Of a stretch of 64,000 nt of DNA, positions 1 to 26,700 are shown in pieces (position 1 is the stretch's first letter; each line of letters begins with the position of its first letter). This DNA is from the human T2T-CHM13v2.0 reference genome, Homo sapiens, in the NCBI RefSeq assembly GCF_009914755.1, contig NC_060940.1; one strand, written 5' to 3'. The translations under genes and the position numbers were made by a program. Under the pieces are notes generated by a model that was not told the origin of the DNA, ran no database searches, and saw nothing but the letters and a program-made list of their open reading frames with translations.

Positions 1-715
1 GGTGGTGGTTGCGGTGAGCTGAGATTGCGCTATTGCACTCCAGCCTGGGCAACAAGAGTAAAACTCCATCTCAAAAAAAAAAAAAAGAAAACAAAGAAAA
101 GTATCTCAGAGCTTCCTTGGGGTGACTGGTGGAGACCAAGGTCAAAATCATATCACCCAAACAGAGGCTTTTTCTTAATTGTACATAACAAAGAAAGCTT
201 TCACTTGTTAGTCTATCTAGGTGTACGGTTTGGGGTTTTTCTTTCTTTTTTTTTTTTTTTGAGACAGAGTTTCACTCTCTTGCCCAGGCTGGGGTGCAGT
301 GGCACGATATCTCGGCTCATTGCAACTTCTACCTCCCGGGTTCAAGCGATTCTCGTGCCTCAGCCACTGGAGTAGCTGGGAGTACAGGCGTGAGCCACCA
401 TGCCCAACTAATTTTTGTATTTTTAGTAGAGATGGGGTTTCACCATGGTAGCCAGGCTGGTCTGGAACTCCTGACCTCAGGTGATCTGCTCGCCTTAGCC
501 TCCCAAAGTGCTAGGATTACAGGTGTGAGCCACCATGCCCAGCCTCTTTCTTTTTAACAAAGACAGGATCTTGCTGTGTTGCACAGGCTGGAGTGCAGTG
601 GTGTGGTCATAGCTCACTGCGATCTCACAGTCCTGGTTCAAGGGGTCCTCCCACCTCAGCCTCTCAAGTAGCTGAGACTACAGGCACGCAGCCACCATGC
701 CCAGCTAATTTCTAA

Positions 716-907
<192 letters not shown>

Positions 908-1025
908 TAGCAATAATACTGTAAGAATAGGAACAATAATAATCAATAATAATATAGTCGTGCTAATCGTAATAGTAGCAGCCACCACTTTATGTGTGCC
1001 AGACTCTGCTGTATTTTCTCTCTGT

Positions 1026-1028
<3 letters not shown>

Positions 1029-1068
<40 letters not shown>
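1029..1068 (+). repeat. (TG)20 microsatellite
   Basis: perfect TG run. Confidence 0.95.
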
Positions 1069-1073
<5 letters not shown>

Positions 1074-1393
1074 TCTCACCTTTATTTCTCTCAATATACC
1101 CGTGATGTAGCTATTTCCCACATAACAAGGTTAAGTGACAGGTGCATGTTCCATGTAAAACAGAGGCAGAACCACAGCTAAAACATCTGGCCCAGCAATC
1201 AACTCATAGTGCTATATTTTCTCATTCAGTCCTCTCCACGACCCTGGAAGGTGGATTCTGTCAGTGTGCCCATACAACACATCAGGAAAGTGAGGCTTCT
1301 GAAGCTAAATTACTTGCCCCAATTTATTAGTTTGTATCCACCCAGGTGCTAGCACCGATTTCAAGTAGGATACATTCCCATCCACACACATAG

Positions 1394-1729
<336 letters not shown>

Positions 1730-1732
1730 TGA

Positions 1733-2218
<486 letters not shown>

Positions 2219-2234
2219 TAAAATCTTTTTAAAA

Positions 2235-3135
<901 letters not shown>

Positions 3136-3601
3136 TTATATTGTGTGTTTGTTTTAATGTCTTGTGCATATATAACTGGCAATCAAACCGATAAGTTCAC
3201 AGATAAAAGTTATAAGACGTGAGTTGACTTAACACAGATGCTGAGTTAGAAATAGCCTTGGTGACAAGCAGAACATGGCAGCTGAAGTCTGAGAAGCACA
3301 TTCGAGGCCTCACTGTTGGACACAGCTCCCTCTGACGAGGTCGAGACCCGAGACTGAAGCCAGATGACATACCGCTCTGTGTTGGTGCAGGGAGTATTTA
3401 ATGTTCTGGGTTTTTTTGGTCCAGCTTAGCAGTTTTAGGAAACACTCAGATTCAGCTCTGGTTGGAACTGCTCAGCTTAAGTGTTTTGATTAGTTTTTTT
3501 TGTGCACAGCTCAAGAACATGGGGCTGGTTTGCTCTTCAGAAAACAAGTACGATGTGTGTGGACCCAGGGTTTGGCAGTTAGCTGGCTATGGAGGGCATG
3601 A

Positions 3602-3883
<282 letters not shown>

Positions 3884-4895
3884 TAACTGTTCCTTTCTCA
3901 CCATCGAGGAGCTGGGTGGGCACTTACTGGGTCGCAGGTTTTCTAAGTCCCAGTTCTTATCAATGCAATTAGCAGTGGTGTGCCCTCCCAGCTCTCTCTG
4001 TAAGGCCAACTCTGGAACAGTCCACCATCAGCCTTTTCCTGTTTTCTCTCTGTGTGCACACACAATAATATCATCGACAGCTGCCGCAGCAGACTGAGCA
4101 TTTGCTATGTGCCTAGTTCTAAGTATTTCTCATATACTTTTAATCCTGAGAACAATCTAACCAAGTAGCTGTTATTTTTATCCTCATTTGACTAATGAGG
4201 AATCAGGCACAGAGAGGTTAAGTAATTTGTCAAAGGTCACACAGCCTGTTAAGTGACAAAGCCAGGATTCCAATCCAGAGCCCATACTCTTACCCACTAC
4301 ACTGTGTACTGCCATGTGTGCATACAGATTTACACACACACACACACAGCCATCAGGGGCCAACGTCCTTTCACCATTCCTACATGTAGTTTCTACCCTC
4401 AAGGTTGCCTCATGGTCCAAAATGGCTTCTGATGCTCCAGCCATCACATCTCAATTCTAGGCAGTAGGAAAGAAAAAGAAGGGAAGGACAAAGTGGCCCC
4501 CTTCTTGTCTTTAGCAGCCTTTCTAGAAATCTCACATAATATGTCTATTTCCAATACTTGACTAAGACCCAGTCACATGGCCACTTCTAGCCATAAGGGA
4601 GGCTGGGAAGGGTGTTTCAGTTAGCCGCATGGCCACCCTAAATCATTCATGGAGGGGTAAAGTGGATGATCTTTGAGGGTCACTGCCAGCAATCCAGTCC
4701 CAACTCCATCTGTAAGTCACGTTTGCCTTAGACAAATCACTTAGCCTCCCAGAACCTCAGCTTCCTCCTGTATAAAATGAGGGTTATAGGAGTTAAGGAA
4801 CTGACTGTCTTGGTTTCCTGGGACTGAGGGATTTCCCAGTGCATGGGACGATTTGGTCCTCCCCATAGCAGTTCCTACATGCAGGGCTGCTGTTG

Positions 4896-5846
<951 letters not shown>

Positions 5847-6944
5847 TAGAGACAGGGTTTCACCATGTTGGCCAGGCTGGTCTCGAACCCCCGACCTCAG
5901 GTGATCCGCTTGCCTCAGCCTCCCAAAGTGCTGGGATTTCACGAGCATGGGCCACCGTGCCCGGCCCTGGTTATCTTTTGACACCAAATTCAGACATCCC
6001 CCCTTTGAGAGTCCCCCAAGCACTCCCTCTCTCACCCCCTCTAGTGTGTTCATTATTCCCGCCTTTGTGCAACCTGTTGCATACTTACCACTCGGCAGCA
6101 CTGCCCTCCCCTGCTGGAGCTGGATTACTCTCTACCCTCAAGGTTTCGTCATGGGCCAAAATGGCTCCTGGAGCTCCAGCCATCGCATCTCAATTCCAGG
6201 CAATAGGAAGGAAAAAGAAGGGAAGGACAGAGTGGCCCCCTTCTTGTCTTTAGCAGCCTTCCCAGAAATCTCACATAATACTTCTAACACTTGATTAAGA
6301 GCTGGTCACGTGGTCACTCCTAACCGTAAGGACGTGTGGGGATGTGTGTGTGTGAGTGTGGCAGGCAGGCCTAAAGGGGTGTCTAAATGGAAGAGACTTT
6401 AATCTAAACCATCCCAGGGCCACACTCTGTGGGAGAGGGAGGGGTGTGTTCAAACTGCCAGCTCCCCAGCAATTGACAAGTGCAAGGAACATGCTAGAGT
6501 AAGTGCTGGAAGGACTTCTGAGCCTCAGTTTCCTTATCTGTGTAGACCAAAGTGAGCCCTTCTTCACTGGCAGGGGATTCAAGAATGTGCCCACTGCCAG
6601 GCACAGGGGCTCATGCCTGTAACCCCAGTACTTAGGGAGGCAGAAGCAGGAGGATTGCCTTCAGCTCAACTGAGTTTGAGACCAGCCCGGGCAACATGGT
6701 GAGAACCCATACTCCACAAAAAGAAACAAATTGTGCACATAAGTGTCTAACACGGTGCCCGGCTCTGTCACCCCCAGAATAGGACCATGTCTCCAGTTTC
6801 TACCAATGAGCTGCCGTGAAATAAGACTTGCTCCCCCAACTCAGCCCCCAGTACCCTGAAATTATTTGGGGTTTTCCAAGCCCTTGTTTGCTGTCCTTCA
6901 TATGGACAGCAGAGAGTAAGGTGAAATCAAGGTCCTCCAGACTA

Positions 6945-7730
<786 letters not shown>

Positions 7731-8215
7731 CAGTCTCAAAGCCCTGAGGGAGGACAGGCATTTCTTCTTCCAGAAGAACCACCTTTCTAGAAGAGCTGAC
7801 GATGGAGATGGCTAACATCTGTGGAGCATCCACCAAGTGCCCAGCCCCAGGCTTAGGACTTAACATGTGAACCTTATCGTGCTAAAGTCTCACCACGGCC
7901 CCAGTGGGGTCAACAGCATTTAAATCCTTCAGTTTATAGCAGGGTAAACAGAGGCACTTGAGTGGCCCAAGGTTATACAGTGAGAGGGACAGAGCTGGGC
8001 TTGGTTGTTGTTGCTGGTGGTGGTGGTGGTGGTTTTTTTCCTCCACACAACACACATGTGCACAGCTGGGCTTTGAACCCAGGCCTGAATGTCCCCAGAG
8101 CTCTTAACCCCCTGGAGGTCCTGCCAGTCCATGCAGAGGCCGAGGCTGGACCATGGGAGGCCTTTGACGAAGCACAGCCATTAAGCCCAGCTGGTACACA
8201 GGTGATGGGCTTTGA

Positions 8216-8425
<210 letters not shown>

Positions 8426-9953
8426 TAGGTACTCAGCAATATTTTGTGTGGGGGGCAGGTGGTACACAGGTCTGAAAAGAGCCTGAATGCTCTTTCTCCA
8501 AAGAAGAGAACATTACAAATGGGATTTCTTTATCCATTTATTTACTCAACAAGCGTTCGCTGAGGAGGTGAGTTGTAAGTGGACACTGGAGACAGTTACA
8601 GTGATGATGAAGACCATCAGAGCCCCTTCCTTCAGGAAGCATGCAGTGTAGCAGGAAGGCATGGCTTTACACATGGCATTTCACAACCAATCCATTGCAA
8701 TTTTAAGTCCTGGGAAGGAGAAAACGCAGCTAAGAGAGCAGATAGCTGCAGCAGTTGGTGAGGGTAGGAAATCAGGGCAGGCTCCCTTGAGGAAGTAGCA
8801 TTTTACCCTAAGTCTTGACGAACAGGGATTGGCTGGGTGAAGAAGGTAAGGAAGAGCATTCTGGGCGGAGGGAAGGGTGCATGCGATGGCCTGAGGTGGG
8901 ATGGAGCTTACAGAGGTGGTAAAAGGGAAAGAAGGGGGCGTGAAGGCGAACGGTTGGGAGGGGATGAAGCTGGGGGAGGAGAGGCCAGGCCCGGGTCGCA
9001 TGGGCCTGCAGATCAGGCTTAGCACTCCAGACTTCATCCTAGGAGCTGTGGGAAGCCACTGAGGACATGTGTGGCAGGGGTAAGGGCAGACGCTGTGGTG
9101 AGATCAGAGCACGTACTCTATGTCAGGCACATTGTCAGTTCTTCTTGTGCCATCTTACAGAATCCTTGCAGCAGCCTCAGAAGGGCAGGGATAATCAACC
9201 TCCATTTTAAAAATGAGAAAACGTGGTCTCAAAGGCATAAACAGGCCGGGTGCAGTAGCTCACGCCTGTAATCCCAGCACTTTGGGAGGCCGACGTGGGC
9301 AGATCAGCTGAAGTCAGGAGTTCGAGACCAGCCTGGCCAACGGGGCAAAACCTCATCTCTACTGAAAATACAAAAATTAGCTGGCCGTGGTGGCGGCACC
9401 TGTGATCCCAGCTACTTGGGAGACTGAGGCAGGAGAATGGCTTGAACCTGGGAGGTGGAGGTTGCAGTGAGTGAGACTGGGTTGCCACTGCACCCCAGCC
9501 TGGGTGACAGCGCGAGACTCCATCTCTAAAAAAAAAAAAAAAAAAGGCATAAACAACCTCGACAAGGAAAGGACACCAGCTGTAACTGTGAAGTCACCCT
9601 TTAAAATAAGCAGAGCCTGTCCCTCCTCCGTAATAGCTCAGCACCTCACACATGCTTCCGACTCAGCCTGTGCTTTTGCAACTTATTTGCTTACCTATTT
9701 TCTTTTCCCACTCCTCCATGACTTTGTGGAAGGCAAGGACTTTATCTCAGGATTTCTCTATCACCAGACCTAGCTTGGGGCAGCAAAGCAGGCACTCAAA
9801 GGAGAGAGGGAGGGAGGAAGGGAAAAAGGAAGTGTGGAGGGAAGGAAAGGAAGAAGAGAATGATGGAGGAGATGAATGAGGGGAGAGAGAAAGGAAATGA
9901 AGACTGGATGGGTGGGTGGTAGGAAGGAAGCCCGGGCTTCCATGATGGAGGAT

Positions 9954-9977
9954 GATGGATGGATGGATGGATGGATG
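9954..9977 (+). repeat. (GGAT)n tetranucleotide repeat in a purine-rich tract upstream of the ABAT last exon
   Basis: gatggatggatggatggatggatg. Confidence 0.9.
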
Positions 9978-10031
9978 AGCGTTGCCAACAGGCATCACTT
10001 TCCCCCCAGCTCTCCCAGCATGTGACTTTGA

Positions 10032-10190
<159 letters not shown>

Positions 10191-13100
10191 AGAAGCCATT
10201 TCCACTACAGTGAGAAAGCCCGGATCCCAACAGTTGTCAAATTGATTAGTTTGCCTAATTCATGTTTTCACTTAAAAGTATCAGAGGTGAATGCACAGTG
10301 AAGGGTGATTTGTGGGGAGGGAGCATTTTTGGTGGTCTTGGGGGAGGGGAGGGGAGGGAAGGGCTGGTGTTGATTTTCCTCCCTGCAGAGCCAATGGTGC
10401 ACATTGGTTTAAGCCCAGAGATCCTGCTTGATCCCTGGACTCATCTTGGGAAGGGCCATGGGAGGTCCTGGCTAGAGTTCTGCCCAACCTTGACCAACCC
10501 CAGCAATTTTTCCAAAAGCCAGTCAAGGGCATTACATTTGTTCCTGGGACTGGCAGCTGGGCCTCCTGGGTGCCAGTCCATCTCAAGTGCCATATTCTGT
10601 GATCACGGATGTTGGCTCCCCCTCGCCCTATGCAAGCAAACACACTCTCACCTCCTCTCCCAGCCTCCCGGAGCTCTGAGCACGCCCCACGCATGGTGCA
10701 GAAGGGACTGGACAGATCTGAGGAAGGCCGTAAAATGGGGACAGGAGGATTCAGCTCAGGAGTAAGGGAAGAGGTCCTCTGGCCCCCTGAAGATGAGAAT
10801 CACCCCTCTCAGTGCACCTGGGGATCCCCCTAAACTGTGAATTCTGCCCTGGACAGGGCTTTGCCCTTGGAGGATCCCCAGGTGGCCTTACCCGTGATTC
10901 TTACTCGGCATCCTCCATTCCCCAAACTCCCTCCTCCCTGTTAAATGTCAACCTAGACCTGGACCTGGGTGGGAGGAAACTGTAGCCTGAGTGTCCACAG
11001 GGACACACGTGAGCCACAGGGCTAGAAGCACAGGCCCGTCACCCCAGGAGGAAAAGCCCAGGGTCTGGGGCAGCAGAGCCATCGCATCATGTTTCCCAGG
11101 GCAAGTTGAGGTCTGACTTTTGGCTCCCTCGCCCTAAGAGGCTCTTCCTCTCTTTTGCTCATCCACCTTCACACCACTTCTGAGCTGACCCCCAGGAACA
11201 GCTTGGCTGTTCCACCAGAGCAGAGGGAATCATTGCTGGACTGGATTTCTTCTGGAGGGAAGCACCATGAATTAAAGGTGCCAGAGCTCCATGCATGGAA
11301 AAGTGGCCTGTTGGTTCAACATGGTTTCCTTGTACTTGATCCTCCTGAAATGAGAGATTTTCCTGAGATGACTGAGTATGGAGATTACCAGGCAGATGAT
11401 ACCGAAATGCTTAAAGGGGCTGTGGCTGAGGCTGTAGCATCTCTGCTGGAGGTGAGACACTCTGGGAACTGATTTGACCTCGAATGCTCCTAAAAGAGAA
11501 CTTGATAGCCTGACAGCAGAGAAGTATTATTTGGTGGGGAGTCTGAGAAAGCCTGGCTTGTATTATCTGTCCAAAAGGAAGCCTCTTCATCTCCCGGTGC
11601 CTTGGTTGACTATTTTGGAAATAGGCATATCAAGGTTCCTGATTCAGCACTTTGCTCTTTTAATAACAAATCGTCCAAAGATCTCAAAGTAAGGGTTTTT
11701 TTTTTTAGCTTCCACTCTTCCGCAGACTTGGTCATCGACCTATTTTTGTTGAAGAATGAAAGGCAATGACAAGTTTAACATAAACAAATTCGTGAATTCT
11801 TGTTCATTTTGCATTCCTGCAGTCAGTGCTAATCCGTCGTTCTTAATCAGGAGTTCTGCCAGGTTTAAGGTCACCTGCACTCCCAGCCAAGTGGTGATGT
11901 ATGCCTCCCACTCTCTGCAAGGTTTTCCTCATTTTTATATTCATTTATTCATCATTCATTCATTCACCTAACTTTCATTAAATAGCTGCACCATCCCAGG
12001 CCCTGTGCGGAGCATCGGGAATACAAAGATGAGATAAAACATTGTCCCTGCCCCCGGGGGCTCACATGCCACTGGAAACAACAGACTCTTAAACTAACAA
12101 TTCAAGCAGGCGCCAAGTGCTACGACAGAGGTGTGAATAAAAGCATCAGGAAATCGGATGGAGAACCACCATTCACCCAAGGGTCAGAGGAGGTTTCAAA
12201 GAAAAGGTGTCATTGGAGCAGTGTTTTGCAGAATGAGCCAGAGTTCACCAAGCAGGCAAGGCAAGGAAGGGTGTTGCAGAGAGGGAACAGCATATGCAAA
12301 GGCATATCAGTTCATGGCATCACATCTTTCACTGGGGAAGCCAGTTTCCACAGGCAGCATCCCAAGGTTCAATAAGGCCTTATTTAACAAGCAAGCAAAA
12401 TGCAAACCAAACCATTATTCATTTATTGGCTTAAGTATGCTTTCTCCTGAAAACTTTAGCATTGGGTGCAAATATTCAGTATGGTTCTCGGAGTCCAAAG
12501 GGTTTTAAGCCAGGGCACAACCAGAAAAGTGGCTCTCTTTGGTAGGGAGAGGGGCTCCAATATTTCGTTCTCTCCCCATGGGGCACTGACAGAGAAATGA
12601 AATAGTTTTATCTGGAAAATTCCAGAGCTATTATTTACTCCTTACCAAGGGAAGTTACTTCTTGTAAAAACTTTTAAGCCATTTATCAACAAGTTCTTGT
12701 TGACTCAGGGCATAATGAGTTCCTGAGACATGCTCTTTTGGGGGCTGGGGCTTTAGGTAGAAGAATTTCAAGGAAAAGAATTCTCAGCAGAGCTCAAGAT
12801 TGTAGAAACTCAGCAGAAGCTGGTAAAAACATGGGGAGCCCGGAGGACAGGCTGCTGTCCAGGGCAGAGGCCATGAAGAAGTGCTTCCGTGGCCGACAGT
12901 CTGGAAATGAATCCATCATACATTAGTGCCATAGAGTTTAGTAACCGTCCAGCAAGTGTCATCACTTTTACAGAAAACAAGGTCCAGTAATAGCAAGTCT
13001 TAGTACATCCTCACTTTTATTATAAATGGGTGTTTTTTCATAATTTTTACTGACGCTCAGTAACCATGCAAAATTGTGTATAGCATTAATGTATCTACAT

Positions 13101-13335
13101 ACCTACACCTATCTATATATAAGCTCATGGTAGAAAACCATAGCTAAGTAGCATCGCAGACTTAAGCGTACAAAGTGATCTTGTTCACAAGTAATCTGTT
13201 GACAGTGCCAATAAATGATAAAAAAAAAATTAACATGTCACAATGTAACGGATGACCATATGCACAATTCCATGAATTAAATCTGTTTCCTGTGTTAGTC
13301 AGTATTCTTAAATAAAATTTATAATTGAAACATGA
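10191..13335 (+). other. ABAT: ABAT 3' UTR (~3.1 kb; end approximate)
   Basis: Alu-free stretch after the stop, AU-rich distal part, AATAAA at 13210 and 13311 followed by GT/T-rich sequence. Confidence 0.8.
13311..13316 (+). terminator. ABAT: ABAT distal polyadenylation signal AATAAA
   Basis: AATAAA followed ~25-45 nt later by tgtggactttttt GU/U-rich downstream element. Confidence 0.75.
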
Positions 13336-13573
13336 GTGAATGTGGACTTTTTTGGTGGAAATGGTCTTGTTAAATAATTAGGTGACAAGTACTTATTAAA
13401 TGCCTGTTATATACCTCTTAGGGATGTCTTGGGGAACACTCTACATGCATAACTCTGCCTTGGGATCAGGAAGCACTGTAAGGCCATGCATTTCATTAAG
13501 TAAATCGAGGACATGCTATGTGACAGGGACACAAGGATGGACAACATGTGGTCCGTACTCGCAGCTCACATTC

Positions 13574-23776
<10,203 letters not shown>

Positions 23777-23947
23777 GATAAAACATTCTTATTGACTTTC
23801 GAGTGGCAAAATAATAAAGATCATGCCTTCCTTCCTCTTTACTGTGTTACAAATTGTATAATGAACATATATTATTAATTATGTGGGGCAATGTATATAA
23901 CTGGCTTAAGTTTATAAAATAACGTACCAGCATCCGGTGCATTTGGC

Positions 23948-23953
23948 TTTATT
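23948..23953 (-). terminator. TMEM186: Probable TMEM186 polyadenylation signal
   Basis: tttatt on + = AATAAA on -, ~750 nt past the stop; further tttatt hexamers near 24224-24236. Confidence 0.6.
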
Positions 23954-24704
23954 ACACTGCAGGGCCATCCAAAGCAAGAGCCTCTAGACCTCTGGGTGGT
24001 GAACAAATCTCAACTGGGGTTTCGTGCCTACCTGGACGACATCTGCTCGTCAATGTGTAGTTAACATCCTGACAGACCCTTCTGCCGCTGGATATGTGAG
24101 GGGCACAGCACAGGGCTCTGGAAGTCCCTGCTGACTGCTCGAAGCCTTTCTCCCTGCTAAAACCTCTGACCAAATGCTTAATAATATCTGCTGTAGGCTG
24201 TTGAGTCTGCCACACGTTTGACATTTATTGTTTATTCCCACACCCATCCCATGAAACAAGCAGGACTTTCCATTTTACAGATGTGAAAACCAAGATTCAA
24301 AGAGACTCAATAACCTGCTCCAGGACAAATGACAGAACTGAGACTTCTGACTCCAAATCTTACGCTCCCCCGCCACACCTCTTTGCCTTTCTCTTTCACA
24401 CCAATGGACTCTATGGGTGACCTTGGCATAGGTTCTTCTAAGAACTGGCTCTTAACAAAAACTTCTGGCCATTATCTGACTGAATGTCACAAACAAGTGC
24501 TGTAAGAACTTGCTTAGAGCCTTCTTCCTAAACCTGTACACCAGCTCTTGCCTTGTGAATTTATTCACCACAAAACACATGTTCCCAGGGGCCCAGGCAA
24601 AGTCTCCAAGTACCCAGTCCCCTTTCTTCAGCCTTGCCCACACCCTCAGCCTTCCTGTTAATCCAGGCGACCCAGGGTTACCCAGAGGTCCAGGTCCCAG
24701 TTGT

Positions 24705-25343
24705 TCACTTGAGCATCTGATGTACCCCAAACACCTGTGTGAAACGCTCTCTGTCCAGGATGCGTCCATAGCGCAGGGTGACGTAGAAGGTCTGTTTCCC
24801 ACTGTACCGCTGGATACGCACAAACATCTCCTGAGGCCGGTCCTTGGTTTCTGTCAGGGGAATCACATCTGCCATGGGACAGTATGTGTCCTGCCGCCAG
24901 CCCCAGAAGTTCAGATGGGCCACCCGCAGCATGGTGCCAGACTCATTCAGATACAGGATACCAACCAGTCTCCGTAAGAAATAGCTCATCCAGCACAGCA
25001 TGGTCAGGGCAAAGCCCGATATCCCACTCATGAGGCACACGGTGTTGAGAGTGAGGAGGCCCTGGGAGTACAAGTAATAGCCTGGTGGCAAAGCTACCAC
25101 TGTCAGGGCAGTCTGTGCCAACTTCAGTCGTGACAGGAACCCGAAGGTTCTGATGGCATCAAAACGGTAAAACATCCAGAATTTCTCAGTCTCTGCGTTT
25201 GGTAGTTTCTCCTTCGAGATGGGTGAACTGCTGCCCACCCACCTCTTAGGATCCTCCTGCCCACTGCAGCACCACAGCCCATGGAGAGGCCTTTCCCACA
25301 CAGCTTTTCCCCGAAACCTACGCACAGCTCGGAGAAGGGCAGC
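24705..25343 (-). CDS. TMEM186: TMEM186 exon 2 CDS (mitochondrial inner-membrane protein, complex I assembly associated)
   Basis: ctttcag|GCT acceptor on -; AALLRAVRRFRGKAVWERP...VFGVHQMLK-TGA; 212 aa + Met = 213 aa; basic amphipathic N-terminus and two hydrophobic segments. Confidence 0.95.
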   Translation of the reverse strand, partial: AALLRAVRRFRGKAVWERPLHGLWCCSGQEDPKRWVGSSSPISKEKLPNAETEKFWMFYRFDAIRTFGFLSRLKLAQTALTVVALPPGYYLYSQGLLTLNTVCLMSGISGFALTMLCWMSYFLRRLVGILYLNESGTMLRVAHLNFWGWRQDTYCPMADVIPLTETKDRPQEMFVRIQRYSGKQTFYVTLRYGRILDRERFTQVFGVHQMLK

Positions 25344-26363
25344 CTGAAAGGGAGACAGTAGACCATTTCTCTCATGGAACTCAACCACATTAATCACACG
25401 GTGAACATCTGCAAAGCACCATACTCTAAGGCTTCTGCCAATCCTGCAAGGTAACCGTTATTGCCAGACAAGGGAAGGGTAAAGCCAGATGCTATCTCAT
25501 GTGGGCATCACAACAGCTATCTAAGATAGTTATCACTATTTCCACTTTACCACTAGGGAAACTAAGCCCAGAGAGGGTAAGATATTTACCAAAGATCACA
25601 CAGTCAGTGAGTGCAGCAGAGTCCTCCTTCCACCAGGCAATTCCAAATAAATACAGGAAAGGAGGTGCGGCCGTCATTAATTCAAAACATATCCAGGGAG
25701 GACAAACTCTGGGCTGGACAATGTATCCACAAGGGGGTGTGAACATTTCCCCAAGCAGGAAACTAAATAATCAGTGTCTTAGTGGGGAACTCGAGCAACA
25801 AATCTGTGAGATATTTATTCCAATAAACTTTCTAATTCTCTGTTTGATTCATATGCTATCTTGGGTGCTGGAGGGAACTGCTGCTTTCTCTTAGCCTAGT
25901 CTGGGGAAGGGGAAACAGCGGAGAAGGAGAAGGAGCGAGGCAGGGAGGCCCCAACACGTAGCACAAGGGTATTACTAGGTGGGTAGTGAAGCAGTAAAAG
26001 CTCTTATTCCAATTCTGGCTCCAACAGTAATTTGTGAGCAAATTACTCCACACCCCTGAGATTCGGTTTCTTCGCCTTTCAAAATGGGGACTCAGAAGAC
26101 AGTGAACCAGAGGATGGTTTCAGAGTCCTCAACTTAGTACCTAATGCACTGTGAGAGCTCGGCGAGTTTTAGCTACTACTACTGTGCGCATGTGACCCAA
26201 GGAGGGCAGAGAAAGCCCGGGAAAAGCGAACTGTAACACACGCCAGAGCTTCCTCCCACGGATCCTCGGAGTCCGAAACCCGAGCGTCGGGCCTGCCCGC
26301 CCCAGCCCTGACCCCGACCCCAAAGAGCATCACCCCCTCAAGGCTCGCCACCCGCCTCCTTAC

Positions 26364-26366
26364 CAT
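26364..26366 (-). CDS. TMEM186: TMEM186 exon 1 coding part: the ATG only
   Basis: minus strand reads gggccATG|gtaagg, a strong donor right after the ATG; splices in phase 0 to GCT of exon 2. Confidence 0.9.
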
Positions 26367-26383
26367 GGCCCCACCACCTGCTG

Positions 26384-26391
26384 CCGGAAGT
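26384..26391 (+). promoter_or_regulatory. ETS/GABPA motif CCGGAAGT near the TMEM186 start
   Basis: exact CCGGAAGT. Confidence 0.65.
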
Positions 26392-26460
26392 AAATCCCAC
26401 CGGCCCCCGGAACCCCTAAGAGCGCATGCTCGAATGTACAAGGCGGGCGTGATCTGCGTT

Positions 26461-26480
26461 GCACCCTGGGAGTTGCGGTC
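26461..26480 (-). promoter_or_regulatory. ZNF143/STAF (SBS-type) site
   Basis: minus strand GACCGCAACTCCCAGGGTGC resembles GACTACAnnTCCCAnnnTGC; G26468 is c.-167 of PMM2. A second TTCCCATAACGCC half-match lies at ~26508-26520 (-). Confidence 0.8.
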
Positions 26481-26567
26481 CAGGAATCGTGGCTGCCGCT
26501 ACTCCCAGGCGTTATGGGAACGGAGTCCCCTCCTCTTCCCGACGTGCCCTGCGACTCAGCGGCCGAA

Positions 26568-26582
26568 CCCGGAAGTTCCGGG
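26568..26582. promoter_or_regulatory. Inverted double ETS/GABPA site near the PMM2 start
   Basis: CCCGGAA-G-TTCCGGG, perfect 7-bp inverted repeat with a CCGGAA core on each strand. Confidence 0.65.
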
Positions 26583-26634
26583 CCGAGTTCCTCGTGCCAA
26601 CGTGTCTTGTAAGGTGCGGCTAGAAACTGGGGAC

Positions 26635-26700
26635 ATGGCAGCGCCTGGCCCAGCGCTCTGCCTCTTCGACGTGGATGGGACCCTCACCGCCCCGCGGCAG
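26635..26700 (+). CDS. PMM2: Phosphomannomutase 2 exon 1 CDS
   Basis: gacATGg...CAG|gtaagt; MAAPGPALCLFDVDGTLTAPRQ with HAD motif I DxDGT. Confidence 0.98.

Noticed and set aside
11155-11472. 105-aa ORF in the ABAT 3'UTR
   Set aside because: Non-ATG start, no recognisable domain, length compatible with chance
25344-25397. Extra N-terminus MINVVEFHERNGLLSPFQ on the 230-aa TMEM186 ORF
   Set aside because: Intronic; the track starts at a non-ATG codon and ctttcag is the splice acceptor, with the real ATG in exon 1
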